This document shows positions 1 through 12,633 of a stretch of 64,000 nt of DNA, piece after piece. Numbering within the stretch: position 1 is the stretch's first letter; each line of letters starts with the position of its first letter. Source of the DNA: Octopus sinensis (lineage: Eukaryota); NCBI RefSeq assembly GCF_006345805.1, contig NC_043000.1, positions 80,042,001 through 80,106,000 of the forward strand, given 5' to 3'. The translations under genes and the position numbers were made by a program. The notes under the pieces are model-generated. The model had not been told where the DNA came from and ran no database searches. It saw only the letters and a program-made list of their open reading frames with translations.

Positions 1-1
1 T

Positions 2-1012
2 ATTGGGGCAGCAAAAGAGGAAGTAGAAATAGGGTCAATTAAGGAGACGAACGTTGTAAATTGGAAGGGATTCGGAGTCGAGTTGTGGCTGATGGCCACA
101 ATTGAAGACATCGAAAGATTTCCCTTCCAAATAGAAATAGAAAACGAAAAAACAATTAGTGTAATAGTGGAAGGCAGAAAACCGAATTGCTACCTGTGCG
201 GCTCAAGAGGGCACATAAAAAAGGAATGTCCGCTGTATGAATTCACAGCGGAGCAAAAAGAGACACAAAGTGGAGAGAAGGAAAACGAACACGAAGGAAA
301 GAACAGCGAAAACAAGGAAAAGGAAATAACGGAGAAACAACAAGAGAAGGGAAGTAACAGCGCACTGAAGGAAAATGAAAACAAAGGGAAGAAGATAGTA
401 GAAAAGGAGCAAAATTCACAGGGTGCAGAAGTAGAGGAGAAGGAGCCAAGGCAGAAGCAAGAGAAAGAAAAGGAAAGTACATTAAAGGAAAGAGAAAAAG
501 CAGGAAAAGAACAAGAGAAGGAACAGAACCAAGAGAAAGGAAAAGATGGTATGCAAATAGGAAAAGAAACAACAGGAAAGGAACTTAAGGCACAGGGTAG
601 AGAGACGGCAGACAAAGAGCCAAAAAGACAAGAGAAGGAAAAAGAAAGAAGAGAAAGCAAAAAGAGAGAAAGAGAGAAACCGAGGGAGGAGAAAAAAGAG
701 GAAGTAAGTCCTAAGAGAAAAACTAGAGAAAACGCAGGTACGAATAGAAAATTCAAATACTATGGAACGTTGATCCATCACAAGCACTGTGAGGAGATGG
801 AAAATTTAATAAGCGAAACAAACGGATATACGTGGGTCAGGATGGGCACCGAATGGAAAGAAACAGGTGCACTCGTCCACGAGAACGACGCCGAGGCGTT
901 CATCGAGGCAGCTGGCGAGAACGTGTTAAAACATATGAAATGCCGACTTCCAAGGTGGCCTCGAACGATGGAAATTTACTCAGATTTGGTAGACATAATG
1001 GAGTATATATAA
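2..1012 (+). CDS. LINE ORF1/gag-like protein with CCHC zinc knuckle and long E/K-rich linker; open from the window edge
   Basis: Frame is open from base 2 (IGAAKEEVEIGSIKETNVVNWKGFGVELWLMA...). CYLCGSRGHIKKEC is a C-X2-C-X4-H-X4-C knuckle. V-x-WKG...VEGR-x-P-x-C aligns with ORF1 at 35245-36420. Confidence 0.85.
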   Translation: MGAAKEEVEIGSIKETNVVNWKGFGVELWLMATIEDIERFPFQIEIENEKTISVIVEGRKPNCYLCGSRGHIKKECPLYEFTAEQKETQSGEKENEHEGKNSENKEKEITEKQQEKGSNSALKENENKGKKIVEKEQNSQGAEVEEKEPRQKQEKEKESTLKEREKAGKEQEKEQNQEKGKDGMQIGKETTGKELKAQGRETADKEPKRQEKEKERRESKKREREKPREEKKEEVSPKRKTRENAGTNRKFKYYGTLIHHKHCEEMENLISETNGYTWVRMGTEWKETGALVHENDAEAFIEAAGENVLKHMKCRLPRWPRTMEIYSDLVDIMEYI

Positions 1013-1313
1013 AAGAAAAGGTATTGTGAAAACTTTAATTTGGAAATGATAAAAGAACTTTAAATTCGGAAAAAAAAAAAAAAAAAGAAATGTTGAACTT
1101 TGTAAAACTTTTTGAAATGTATGTTGAAAATGTATAAAATGTTTTATTTGAAAATATTGTTGACGAATAAAAATAAATGACGAAATGTAACCGCTCGATT
1201 ACGGGGATCGAGTGGGCATTGCACCACATTGTACAAACTTCATAATTCATTATTCATTTTCCCGATTGTATTGTCCCATCTATGTAGCCCCTAGTGGGTA
1301 ATAATAAAACAAC

Positions 1314-1642
1314 ATGGAGGAAAGCACTTTCAAAAAGTGTCTTGGTGCGACTGTGAAAGGTATCTAATCAGAGGCGGTAAATTAGCCACAATAGAAGCAA
1401 GGTGCGAGTCTACGGAGCGTGCAAGGGAGTACTCGACTCAAACTTGCAAAGTGGAAATATTTTATTTTTACCTTTATATCTGGGATGTAGGATGTCCCGG
1501 AAAAAAATTTAAAATGCCCCCCCACCCAGAAGTAGAGGTAGGCTGGATTGTAGCCACACTTCTATACAAGAGGGAGGACAAGATACAATTGATCGAAATT
1601 ACAAGAGACGAGCTAACAATTCCAGTCTGTTATATATTTTGA
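1314..1642 (+). pseudogene. Frameshifted N-terminal fragment of a second ORF1 copy
   Basis: IRGGKLATIEARCESTERAREYSTQT aligns with VRGARSATVEAHFDTAEVAREVSSLT, and PEVEVGWIVATLLYKREDKIQL aligns with PRGYDIMWVAAAVLHNIEREISI, both from ORF1 at 35245-36420. Confidence 0.75.
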
Positions 1643-1758
1643 GTATTGTTATCACTAGCGATATCAAGATATAACTTTGTATTTTGTATTTTATGTGTAG
1701 ATGTATATATATAGATGTACATGTAATATGTACACATATATACACATATATACATGCA

Positions 1759-1798
1759 CTAGCACTATGACCCGGCAACGACGGGTCTTTAATGCTAG
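1759..1798. repeat. Helitron-like terminal hairpin with CTAG ends
   Basis: ctagca-ctat-GACCCG-gcaacga-CGGGTC-tttaa-tgctag followed by T: GC hairpin plus CTAG|T. Confidence 0.45.
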
Positions 1799-2262
1799 TA
1801 TATATATATGTATGTATATGTATATATATATATACACACATATATATATACATATATATACATATATTTCTATATATATATATATGTATACATATATATG
1901 CATATGTATGTATATATATATAGAGATATGTATATATATATGTATATGTATATATAAATATATGTATATATATGTATATATATGTATGTATATATATGTA
2001 TATATGTATGTATATATGTATGTATATATATATATGTATTTATATATATATACACACATATATATATACATATATATACATATATTTCTATATATATATA
2101 TATGTATACATATATATGCATATGTATGTATATATATATAGAGATATGTATATATATATATGTATATGTATATATAAATATATGTATATATATGTATATA
2201 TATGTATGTATATATATATGTATATATGTATGTATATATGTATGTATATATATATATGTATT

Positions 2263-2296
<34 letters not shown>

Positions 2297-2390
2297 CATG
2301 TATGTATATGTATGTATATATGTCTATATATTTATGGATATATATATATGTGTATATATGTATATATACATTCATACATACGTATGTATG
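1799..2390. repeat. Compound (TA)n/(TATG)n satellite with a ~218-bp higher-order duplication
   Basis: Marker words (tttcta, gcatatg, gagatatg, taaata) recur about 218 bp apart. Confidence 0.85.
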
Positions 2391-2780
2391 TGTGTTTGTG
2401 CGAGTAGGTGTAATGGTAAAAACAAAACACAGTCTTTCAACAAAAGAGTAAAATAAGATAAGTTGTGGTAAATGGAAAAAATACAATATATATATATTTC
2501 CATCTTTGCCATTACTTGTCTTATTTTACTAGTTGGTTGAAAGACTGGTTTTTCCATTACAATCTTTGTAAACATTTTTTTCTTGTTTTGTTTTTCATAC
2601 TTTTTTGCTTACACTCCAGCATCTCCTACATTGCTAACACCACTAAACGGAACAATATAGTCAAAAGGTGTTGAAATTCTGATGATATTTGGTCAACAAC
2701 AGATGAGGGATATGGCTTGTTCATTTGTTTTCATTTTACCTATAAACTCGTCTGATGTCTTTCTGTGCTACCTTTTTCCT

Positions 2781-2802
2781 TATAATAATAATAATAATAA
2801 TA

Positions 2803-2870
<68 letters not shown>

Positions 2871-2872
2871 CA

Positions 2873-2942
<70 letters not shown>

Positions 2943-2947
2943 CATCC

Positions 2948-2978
<31 letters not shown>

Positions 2979-2990
2979 CATTATTATAAA
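2781..2990. repeat. (TAA)n/(TTA)n/(TCA)n microsatellite
   Basis: Direct reading; explains the poly-I and poly-Y ORFs. Confidence 0.95.
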
Positions 2991-3321
2991 ATATACATAT
3001 ACATATATCGATACATGTACATACATATATTTATGTACAGATGACAGACAGATAGATAGATAATATACTCACTTAGATACATATATTTCCTGCATGTGTG
3101 TAAGTATGAGCAAGTATGTATGCTTACACTCATTCACTCATTCTCTCGCTCTCTCTTACTCACACACACACACACACACATACGAATTAGAAATAGACTG
3201 AAGAAAAAAGATAATTATAACTATGCTGAAAATAAAATTAACACAGAAAATGATGACTATGAAAAACTGATAGCAAATAAAATAATCAAAAAACATAAGT
3301 GTAATATTAAAGTTGTTGAGG

Positions 3322-3680
3322 TGGCAGGCTGATGGAATCGTTAGCATGCCGGCTGAAATACTTAGTAACATTTCATCTGTCTTTATGTCCTAAGTTCAAG
3401 CATTGCTGAGGTGGACTTACCCTTTCATCCTTTCGAGGTCAATAAAATAAGTTCCAATTGATCACTGAGGTTGATTTAACTGACTTAACCTCTCCTTCAA
3501 ACCTGCTGGCTTTGTGTGAAAATTTGAAACAAATATTAAGGTTGTTAACCGAGGTTGACTTGCCTTTCATCTTTTCAGAGTCAATAAGATAAGTTCCAGT
3601 TGAGCACTGGGGTTGATGTAATTGACTTAGCCCCTCCCCCAAACTTGCTGGCCCTGTGCCAAAATTTGAAACCAATATTA
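3322..3680 (+). mobile_element. SINE family A, one copy plus a partial tandem copy
   Basis: gaatcgttagcatgccgg...gaggt(c)gactttgcctttcatcctttc...aataagtaccag motif, repeated at 6730, 45966 and 59865. Confidence 0.75.
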
Positions 3681-4344
3681 AAGTTGTTAGCAGCAAAAGC
3701 AGCATAAACAACAACAGGACAACATCCTTTGCCAGTTGACCGTGAAGACCAGGTCCTGACGAAGTTGCTCAAATAGGAAAAGTGAAGAGCAAAGTGTATT
3801 GCAAAGGCCATGCCTCTTTGCTTGGTGTGTTATTTGTGGCGATGGGGGTAAAGCATGAAAACACTGATGTACCCTTATTTGTTAAGGTACAAAGAAGGTT
3901 TTAATGAGCCTCCAAAGGTAAATTTTGAGTAAGCCTTCCCCAATGATTTTTAGGAGATCCACTATATCAGATGCCAGAGTAAGGGCCAAGAAGACTGGTG
4001 ATGTAAACAAAAGAGAAAATAATGATTTTGTCAACACTCATGTGATGCACATCAACATTGGGTTATCAGTAAATGAGAAGAACTGGGTTAAAATATGGAG
4101 CAAGGTTATGCTGTTGCTGCTTAAGGACCACTTGCCCCTTCTCCAAAGATGTCATTTTTATCATTGACTTCAGAGTTATGAAGGGTGCACTGAAAATTTG
4201 AATGATCTCTCCCTCCTGCACAAAGGTTCCTGGCAATTTTTCCTCCTCACTATCTGCCAAAGTTGAGGAGGAGAAATTGAAGCTTGGTGACAAGTGGCTA
4301 TGAAGCAGTAGTAGAAGAAAAAAGTTTAAAGACCATGATAGGCA

Positions 4345-4712
4345 CAGGTTTGGTCGTGTGGCAAGAAGCTTGCTTCCCAACCACATGGTTCCAGGTTCAG
4401 TCCCACTGCATGGCACCTTGGGCAAGTGTCTTCTACTATTGCCTCAGGCCGACCAAAACCTTGTGAGTGGATTTGTTAGCTGGAAACAGAAACTGTCTTA
4501 TATATATACATATGTATGTATATATGTGTGTTTGTCCCCCCACCATCCGATGTTGGTGTGTTTACATCCCCGTAACTTAGTGGTTTTGCAAAAAAAGGCT
4601 GATAGAATAAGTACTAGGCTTACAAAGAATAAGTCCTGGAGTAAATTTGTTCAACTAAAGGCAATGCTCCAGCATGGCTGCAATCAATTGACTGAAACAA
4701 GTAAAAGAATAA
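4345..4712 (+). mobile_element. tRNA-head, CORE-like SINE family B
   Basis: ggttccaggttcagtcccactgcatggcaccttgggcaagtgtctt...gactgaaacaagtaaaaga; further copies near 20335 and 38620. Confidence 0.75.
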
Positions 4713-5663
4713 GTCAAAACTCTAAATGAAAGAACATATATCTGCCTGCAGTTTCTCCACTTCAAGGTTGTTTGAGGGGACAATGTGAAGTTGATTGAGG
4801 AACTACAAAAGAAAATAAAAGACAAGATACTGTGTTGGAGAAAAAACAGGATTTTTCAACAAATCTCAGAAAGATTGACTGTTAGGAGCAAAAAAAGACA
4901 CAGTCTACCAAAATATAAAGAACTGCTTCAGAAGATTTTTTCATTGAATGAATGTCAGACCCCTTACAACTACCTTTTGGAAACTGCATGAAAAAATTCT
5001 TGATAAGTAAGAAAAACATACCTCACTTCTTTATTTCTCCTTTTGACTGCTAAAATAGAAGGATTTACAACTGGACATGGAATGGGAGTAAGGATGAGTT
5101 AGTCCAGATATTGAACCATCTATTTAATGATCTCAAGCCTCTTGATTTGGATGTGGTAGCTGTGAATGAGATTAAGGTTGGGTGCAAGTGATGAAACAGG
5201 TATATATGTTAAGTTAAGCTCTTGAATTCAGAGAAAAGAACTTCCTGAAGCTCTAATTGGTCATGCCATGACCACTGCAGGTGGAAGTTCCCACCACTTT
5301 AGGGCTTGGTGCCTTTATTTGTTTTATATATACTTTTATTCTTTCCCTTGTTTCAGTCATGCTGGGACACTACCTTGAAAAGTTTTAGCCAGTCAAATTG
5401 ACTGCTTTACCTTATAACTAAACATTTTCAGTCTGTTTCTTTGTTATACTACATGTTCTCCCCTTCCTTGTTTATTACATATCCACACCTGAACATGTTT
5501 TGTCATTCCTTTTGTATGAAATATCTTGTGTTTTATGTGTTGGGTCCCAATGGCAAGAAATTATAGTTATAGATTGATGGTATCACCTAAGCCCTCACTC
5601 TTGTCCCTGAATAAGAAATTACAACTACTACTGCTGCTGCTGCTGCTGCTGCCACTGCTGCTG

Positions 5664-5718
<55 letters not shown>

Positions 5719-6695
5719 ATTGCATTTTTTTTGTTTGGATTTTTCTGTGACTACATGTCTTTCTTGTTATTGAAATATTTTTTGTGTCTGTTTGCTTGAG
5801 TTGATTTGTAGAAAAGCGAGTAGTTTTTCTATTTAATTTTTTTAATGAAATTAGACAAAGAAAGAGACGTTTTAAACATTTTTTTGCTGGTATTCAACAC
5901 AAAATGTTGATGCAAAATGCTCCATGCCACTAAAAAATCCCTTGATTGCTGCACAGAAAACTTACATAAAAAAGGGCAAGAAAGAACAGAACATGAAGTA
6001 GAATTATCATAAAATAAAACTATAACATTTTGAAATATAAAACAAATTATGTATCTATAGTTTTTAAATATGAGTGAGAATGATTCTTATGTTCTCAATA
6101 ATAACAATAATAAAATAAAATGCAGTTTTACTCATGTCACATCCCATCAGAAAGTTCTTTATATAAATAAAGTCTAATTGGATATCTAACTTGACATGAG
6201 AGTATCACAATGGATTCTTACCTTGCCCAGGGAATTTGTTCAAGTGGAGGCATGGTGCATATGGAAATATACTTCTGTTGTAGAAACAAAGGTGGGCTTT
6301 TTGTATGCACTTTGAATGAAGTGAAGCTGATCCTGGCAGACATGTGACATCGTATTACCTCATGTGTTCAGTCCCATTAGTAACATCCCATCCACTTGCA
6401 GTGAACAGAAGCTGCGGAGGAGTAGTAGATCATTGAAGGGTGGGGGATGAAAAAAAAAGGAAGAATCAACATAAGAACATTAATGAGAAAAAGCAAAAAA
6501 ACAAAACAAAAAAAAACACGAAAATCCAGTCATGAAGAAGGTTCCATTCCAGTCAAAATCATAGAAGTTTAAGTTTAAGAGATTGAGCAACAAATCCTTC
6601 AGATCAGAGTTGAGCTTCAATAAAACTGATAATGATGAAGTTGTACTCTATTATTATTATCATTATCATCATCATTCTTCTTCTTCTTCTTCTTC

Positions 6696-6729
<34 letters not shown>

Positions 6730-7140
6730 GGTGGAAAGCTGGCAGAATTGTTAGCATGCCGGGCGAAATGCGTAGCCATATTTCGTCTGCCGTTACGTTC
6801 TGTGTTCAAATTCCGCTGAGGTCGACTTTGCCTTTCATCCTTTCGAGGTCGATTAAATAAGTACCAGTTATGCACTGGAGTAAATATAATTGTTAATCCG
6901 TTTATCTGTCCTTGTTTGTCCTCTCTGTGTTTAGCCCCTTGTGGGTAGTAAAGAAATAGGCATTTTGTCTGCTGTTATGTTCTGAGTTCGAATTCCGCTG
7001 AGGTTGACTTTGTCTTTCATTCTTTTGGGGTCGATTAAATAAGTACCAGTTACACACTGGGCTCAATGTAATCGACTTAATCCCTTTGTCTGTCCTTTTT
7101 TGTCCCTTCTATGTTTAGCCCCTTGTGGGCAATAAAGAAT
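6730..7140 (+). mobile_element. Two tandem SINE family A copies with LINE-like 3' tails
   Basis: Copies at about 6730-6960 and 6961-7140, each ending tgtcc...tagccccttgtggg(t/c)a(g/a)taaagaa. Confidence 0.8.
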
Positions 7141-7168
7141 TTATTATTATTATTATTATTATTATTAC

Positions 7169-7576
7169 TTTATTTTTTCTTCTTTCAAATTTGCTTCCAT
7201 TTCTTGCCGAGTGTCTTCCCGACTCCTAGGGCAAAGAAACTCATAGTATACAATGGTAGGCCATTAAACCAAACTCAGTAGTTCGTTTTTTTTTAAAAGT
7301 TAAATTAAAATACATGAGCAGCAACAGTTCTCACATCGACAATGCTCTTCTCAATACGTGTGATGTACCAGTTAAGACAATCTTTTGCACTTCTTGCAGG
7401 GATGGTAAGCCAGGGATCATTCTCATATAATTTTCAGTTCCCTTCTTGATCATTCCTAGTGCTCCTACGATCACTGGTATTGTAACCGCTGATCATTCCT
7501 AGTGCTCCTACGATCACTGGTATTGTAACCGCGTGATCATTCCTAGTGCTCCTACGATCACTGGTATTGTAACCGC
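7169..7576 (-). mobile_element. 5'-truncated R4/Dong-like (restriction-like endonuclease) non-LTR element in a (TAA)n tract
   Basis: Minus strand 7489-7331 translates AVTIPVIVGALGMIKKGTENYMRMIPGLPSLQEVQKIVLTGTSHVLRRALSM*. Flanked on both sides by (TTA)n. Confidence 0.7.
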
Positions 7577-7597
7577 TTATTATTATTATTATTATTA

Positions 7598-7635
<38 letters not shown>

Positions 7636-8344
7636 CTATTATTATTATGATATATACACTAGCGGTTCGGCAAAAAGAGACCGATAGAATAAGTACTGGG
7701 CTTACAAAAAGAATAAGTCCCGGGGTCGAGTTGCTCGACTAAAGGCGGTGCTCCAGCATGGCCGCAGTCAAATGACTGAAACAAGTAAAAGAGTAAAAAA
7801 AGAGTATACAAAACAAACAGTAGTAGATTGTTCAAGACCATATCAATAATTTACTGCAGCTCAAAATAAAAACATCCAGAAGATGTTAATTGCTTTTAAG
7901 TGTGAACAATGCAAAAATTGCATAAGGATCCCTTTAGATGTTTTGTGCCTTGTTATAATGAATAACAAGTAGGCAGAGTTGTGGAGTTCTCAGACATACC
8001 TAGTAAAGTCTTCACTCATTGTTTTTATTGGATTGTTTAACCTGACAGCATTTAAACTGACCATATCTGGCCCAACTATTCTTCTTATTTTATGCTCAAC
8101 CAGCCATATCTGGATTCTCACACCTATGCTACTTTGTCATTCTAAAAATAAACAATCACATCTTCAAAATCTCTAAACTACAAGTTAATGCATGATTAAT
8201 TTAAAACAATGTGAATGAATAGGTATTACATTTAACAAAAAAATCTGAATGCTAAATTATTTTATTGTGTGATTTTATATATCATAGGTACGAGTAGAAT
8301 GTTAAGCTGTATCTGGAAGTAGGGTTCTTGGAAGTAGAGAAGTA

Positions 8345-8690
8345 TAGAGTTACTTCTTAGTCATCGCTACTTACAAGTCTACTCTGGCCCAGGCTGGCAG
8401 TACCAATGAAGGGCCCCTGTTATAAGTCAAATAAACTAAGATGGTCCTGTGACTAAGATACTGCGGACTCTGAGGAGAGCTAGCCCCTAAAAATGTTTCA
8501 CATATGCCCACGTTGAAGTTCAAGAGAGTAAATGATTTCTTAGTCAACACTACTCACAAGTCCATTTTGGCCCAGGGTGGCAGTACGTATGAAGGGCCCA
8601 GTTATGAGCCAAATGGACAAAGATGATCCAGTGGCTAAGATATAGAGGACTCTGAAGAGAGTTAGCCCCTAAAAATATTTCATACATGCT
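8345..8690. repeat. Diverged ~180-bp tandem duplication
   Basis: ttcttagtca...tggcccagg...gaagggccc...ggactctga(g/a)gagag(c/t)tagcccctaaaaat occurs twice. Confidence 0.8.
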
Positions 8691-9326
8691 TACCGGTGTG
8701 TGAACATACTCTGATGTCACATGAACCACTACTCTGAATTAAGAGTTAAATAGGTCCCATGTTTGAAGGGTAAGCACGAGAGAAAGCAGGAGATTAACAG
8801 AGTAAACTGTAAATTATCTAGCAGAAAGCAATGAGAAACTACTGCTGCATCTTTCCCAAGAAAAATCATGAATCTTCAGACATTGGCATGGTGGTCCATG
8901 ATTGCCTACTACTACAAAAAAAGTATGGCACATGAAGGCAAAGAGAAAGAGAGAGAGAGGAGGGGAGAGAGGTTGGGAGAAAGTGAGTGAGTAAAGAGAA
9001 AAGAAAAATTTAATTCTATATTTATTTTACATTCTTTAAATCTTGTCAAATTTTTAATATGTTCATTGGCTGCTATTTCTTGCAGAGAAGCTGCTCCATT
9101 CATTAATAATTTTCTAACATGGTGTTTACATATTACCCCTCTCCTCATTTTTATATAACTTTGTCTTGTCCAGCTTCATAAATTGCCATGACTGTCATGA
9201 CAATGTTTTATTTGTATTTGTGAACAAGCCCTTGTGACTAATAAAGAAATCAGTATTATCATCATCATTATTGTTATTATTATTATTATTGTTATTATTA
9301 TTATTATTATTATATTATTATTATTA

Positions 9327-9375
<49 letters not shown>

Positions 9376-10501
9376 CATTCCATGCTAGAGTGCTTCATAA
9401 ATCTATAAATTGGTGAAACATATGTATTTATGTCGTTAACGCTAATTATTCAGATGAGATCATTATTGATTAGTTAAGTAAAGTTCAGAGATGTATGTAA
9501 ATGTAAACACCATGTGGTGAAACTACTGGGAAATGAAGGAGCTTCTCTTCTAGAAATAGCAGCCAAATCTCCTGTAAGTCACACTCTACCATAAGGAAAA
9601 GAAATATTTGATAATGTGACATTTTCCTAAAAATAGTATGGTCATGATTAGAATGCCTTTTATCATCACTTTGTTCAGCTTGGGTTGACCTGTGGCTAAA
9701 CAACTACTTTTGATGAAGATGGTATTGTCATTGAGGGAGCCTCTCCATGGTCATTTAATCTCCTAAAACAGCAGCCGAATCTCTTCCAAATCACACACTA
9801 CAGTCTTAAAGATGGATCCCATGTAGTTTTTGATAAAGAAATAAATGATGATGATGGTGATGACGAAAAAGATGGGAAGGTCATGACTGGAACGTCTTTA
9901 GGAATAAGGTCGACTGGATTGGGATTGACTTGGGAGCAAGTAACAATAACTCTTGATGATGATGATAACGATGATGATGATGATGATGATGTTTTATGAG
10001 TACAAAAGCATGAATATATTTAAACACTCTCAATTTGATGCTTCAGTGTTAGGGAAAGAAAAGAACCATTAAAATACAACGTCAAAAAAGAAAATATCAA
10101 TCATGACCATAGCAAGAAAAATTCTCACAACCACTACCATCACAGCACCACATCTTCAAACTTCACCACCTCCACCAACACATGTTTGTGTGTATGTGTC
10201 TATTCTATACACTATATTATTTATATACACATAAACACAGTATACATATATGCATACATATATATGCACAGACACACATATATGTGTGTATGCATATGTG
10301 AATAAATAAATAATATACATTTATACATATATATGTATATATGTGTATATATATATGTGTGTATATGTGTGTGTGTGTGTGTGTATGCATGTATATACAT
10401 ATGGGTGTGTATACATGTGTGTGTGTGCATATATATATATGTGTGTGTATATATGTATGTATATATATATATATACACATACATACATACATATATATAT
10501 G

Positions 10502-10570
<69 letters not shown>

Positions 10571-10593
10571 AAGTATGTATGTATGTATGTATG

Positions 10594-10624
<31 letters not shown>

Positions 10625-11820
10625 TAACCTAATGCCATTAAGTGAGAACGTCAACTGTTTATAGACAGCAGTCAGTGATGGTGATAAAGATAAAATGGTG
10701 TGGTGAGAACCAGTGGCAGTGGTATTGAGAGAAAGAGTTAAGGTGATAGAGATAACTTCACAGTAACATGGCATGGTTCAGTGGTCTTATGGTGGAACCA
10801 GTCAGGGAAATACAGAATATTAAATCTTCTGGTGATTCTCTTCTTTCCCACACTTGCCCATCTTTTATCTCTGTTTAACAAATCAACAGTACATTGCCAA
10901 AACAGGAAAACAGATAATGATGATGATGATGATGGTGATGATAATGATGATGATTATTATTGTTGTTGTTGTTGTTGCTGTTGTTACATTGTGTTGTAGA
11001 TTGGAAGAAGAAATAAAAGAGAAAAATTTACCCCACTAAAATAAAAAAATAACATAAAAATTCACCCATGTCCTAAATAAAAGGAACAAGAAATATATGT
11101 GTGTGTGTGTACACATACATACATACATACATGTATGTGCATGTATATCTATATACATGCATACATACATGTATGGCATGTATATCTATATCCACATGTA
11201 TGTATGTGTATGTATAAATATATATATATATATATACACACACACATATAAGTATATATATACATATACATATACACACATAAATATATGTATATATATA
11301 TATATATATACACACACATATATATATATATACGCACTCATACATATACATATGCATATATATATGTGTGTGTATATATATAATAGTATTTCTACACACA
11401 CACACACGTGCACACACACACATGCTCACACACACATGTATCTATGTACAGAGAGTGAAACAGAGATTTAGACATATCACACCCACACTTCCATGCACAC
11501 AATAAAATGTAAATGGAACATTTTAGAAGATATTTAGAAGTTCCATATAATCACACCGCTACACACACATGCACACACATACTCAAATAGAAGGAAAAAA
11601 TAACATCAAGAACAAATGGAGAAAAATTGTTTATTTTATGTAAATAGCAATGCTAAAGTTGTCCAAGATAAGACCAGTTTGAGAGCAAACAACAATGCAG
11701 TGACGTGGAACAATTCCTCAGAAAACCTCTACCAACACCGTTTCACGATATGCAGATTTTACAAATGTCATATCTATCTATATATCTATCAATACACACA
11801 CACACACACACATATATATG

Positions 11821-11874
<54 letters not shown>

Positions 11875-11911
<37 letters not shown>

Positions 11912-11912
11912 T

Positions 11913-11983
<71 letters not shown>

Positions 11984-11985
11984 TT
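11875..11985. repeat. (GATA)n microsatellite
   Basis: Direct reading. Confidence 0.95.
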
Positions 11986-12006
11986 CAGCCAGCTAAGTCA
12001 TCATTG

Positions 12007-12056
12007 GACAGCAGGCTGAAAAGGGCTTAGCTGACCGAAACTTCGAAGTCACTGTC
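12007..12056 (+). ncRNA. Degenerate minimal type I hammerhead-like motif
   Basis: gcagg CTGAAAA GG-gcttagctga-CC GAAA CTTCGAAG TC actgt. Palindromic stem III (ACTTCGAAGT); G8 is replaced by A. Confidence 0.45.
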
Positions 12057-12536
12057 AACAACGTTCTTGTATAAGAATATCAAAGCTCTACTCAACAAAA
12101 ATATAGAATAACTCGTCAGGTGAATGTAAAATTGTCTTTATAACTGAACATAAAAATAAACATTAATATAGAAAGGTATATTTCTATACATAATGATAGA
12201 TACATATACATATTAATGTTTCACTTAAGCATAACAATACTAATTTCATATATATTTTCATCATCATCGTCACTATCATCATTTTTAGGTACATTTTTCC
12301 ATACTCACATAGTTCAGACAAAATATTATGGAGGTGGATTTTCTATGGCCAGATAGATGTTCCTCTTGTCACTAAGCCTCACCTATTTCCTAGTTAGGTA
12401 ATATTTTCCCATAACCAGGCATGTTTTCACAGACAATTAGAAATGAAGGACACCACTTGTATAACACTGACAATCATCCACAACTGCCATGTGATGTGAA
12501 AGCAAGGTGACAGTAACACACACTCACACACACATG

Positions 12537-12607
<71 letters not shown>

Positions 12608-12633
12608 ATGATGATATATATTATATATATATA

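Noticed and set aside
190-787. F/S/L-rich minus-strand ORFs
   Set aside because: Antisense shadows of the purine-rich E/K linker of the ORF1-like gene.
1599-2486. Many long ORFs of Y/I/M/C/V/H-repeat peptides, here and at about 10.2-11.5, 23.6-24.3, 41-42 and 58-61 kb
   Set aside because: Translations of (TA)n, (CA)n and (TATG)n microsatellites, which lack stop codons in some frames.
7447-7576. CRISPR-like 43-44-bp direct repeats
   Set aside because: No spacers, eukaryotic context, and the unit is coding sequence of a non-LTR element.
8345-8690. Possible retrozyme dimer (CTGAGGA or CTGAAGA in each 180-bp unit)
   Set aside because: No GAAA, no convincing stem II closure and no pairing stem I.
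9486-9573. Apparent exon (AG...GTAAGT) reading DVCKCKHHVVKLLGNEGASLLEIAAKSP
   Set aside because: A similar sequence occurs inverted at about 9070-9135 and partially at about 9770, so it is an interspersed repeat.
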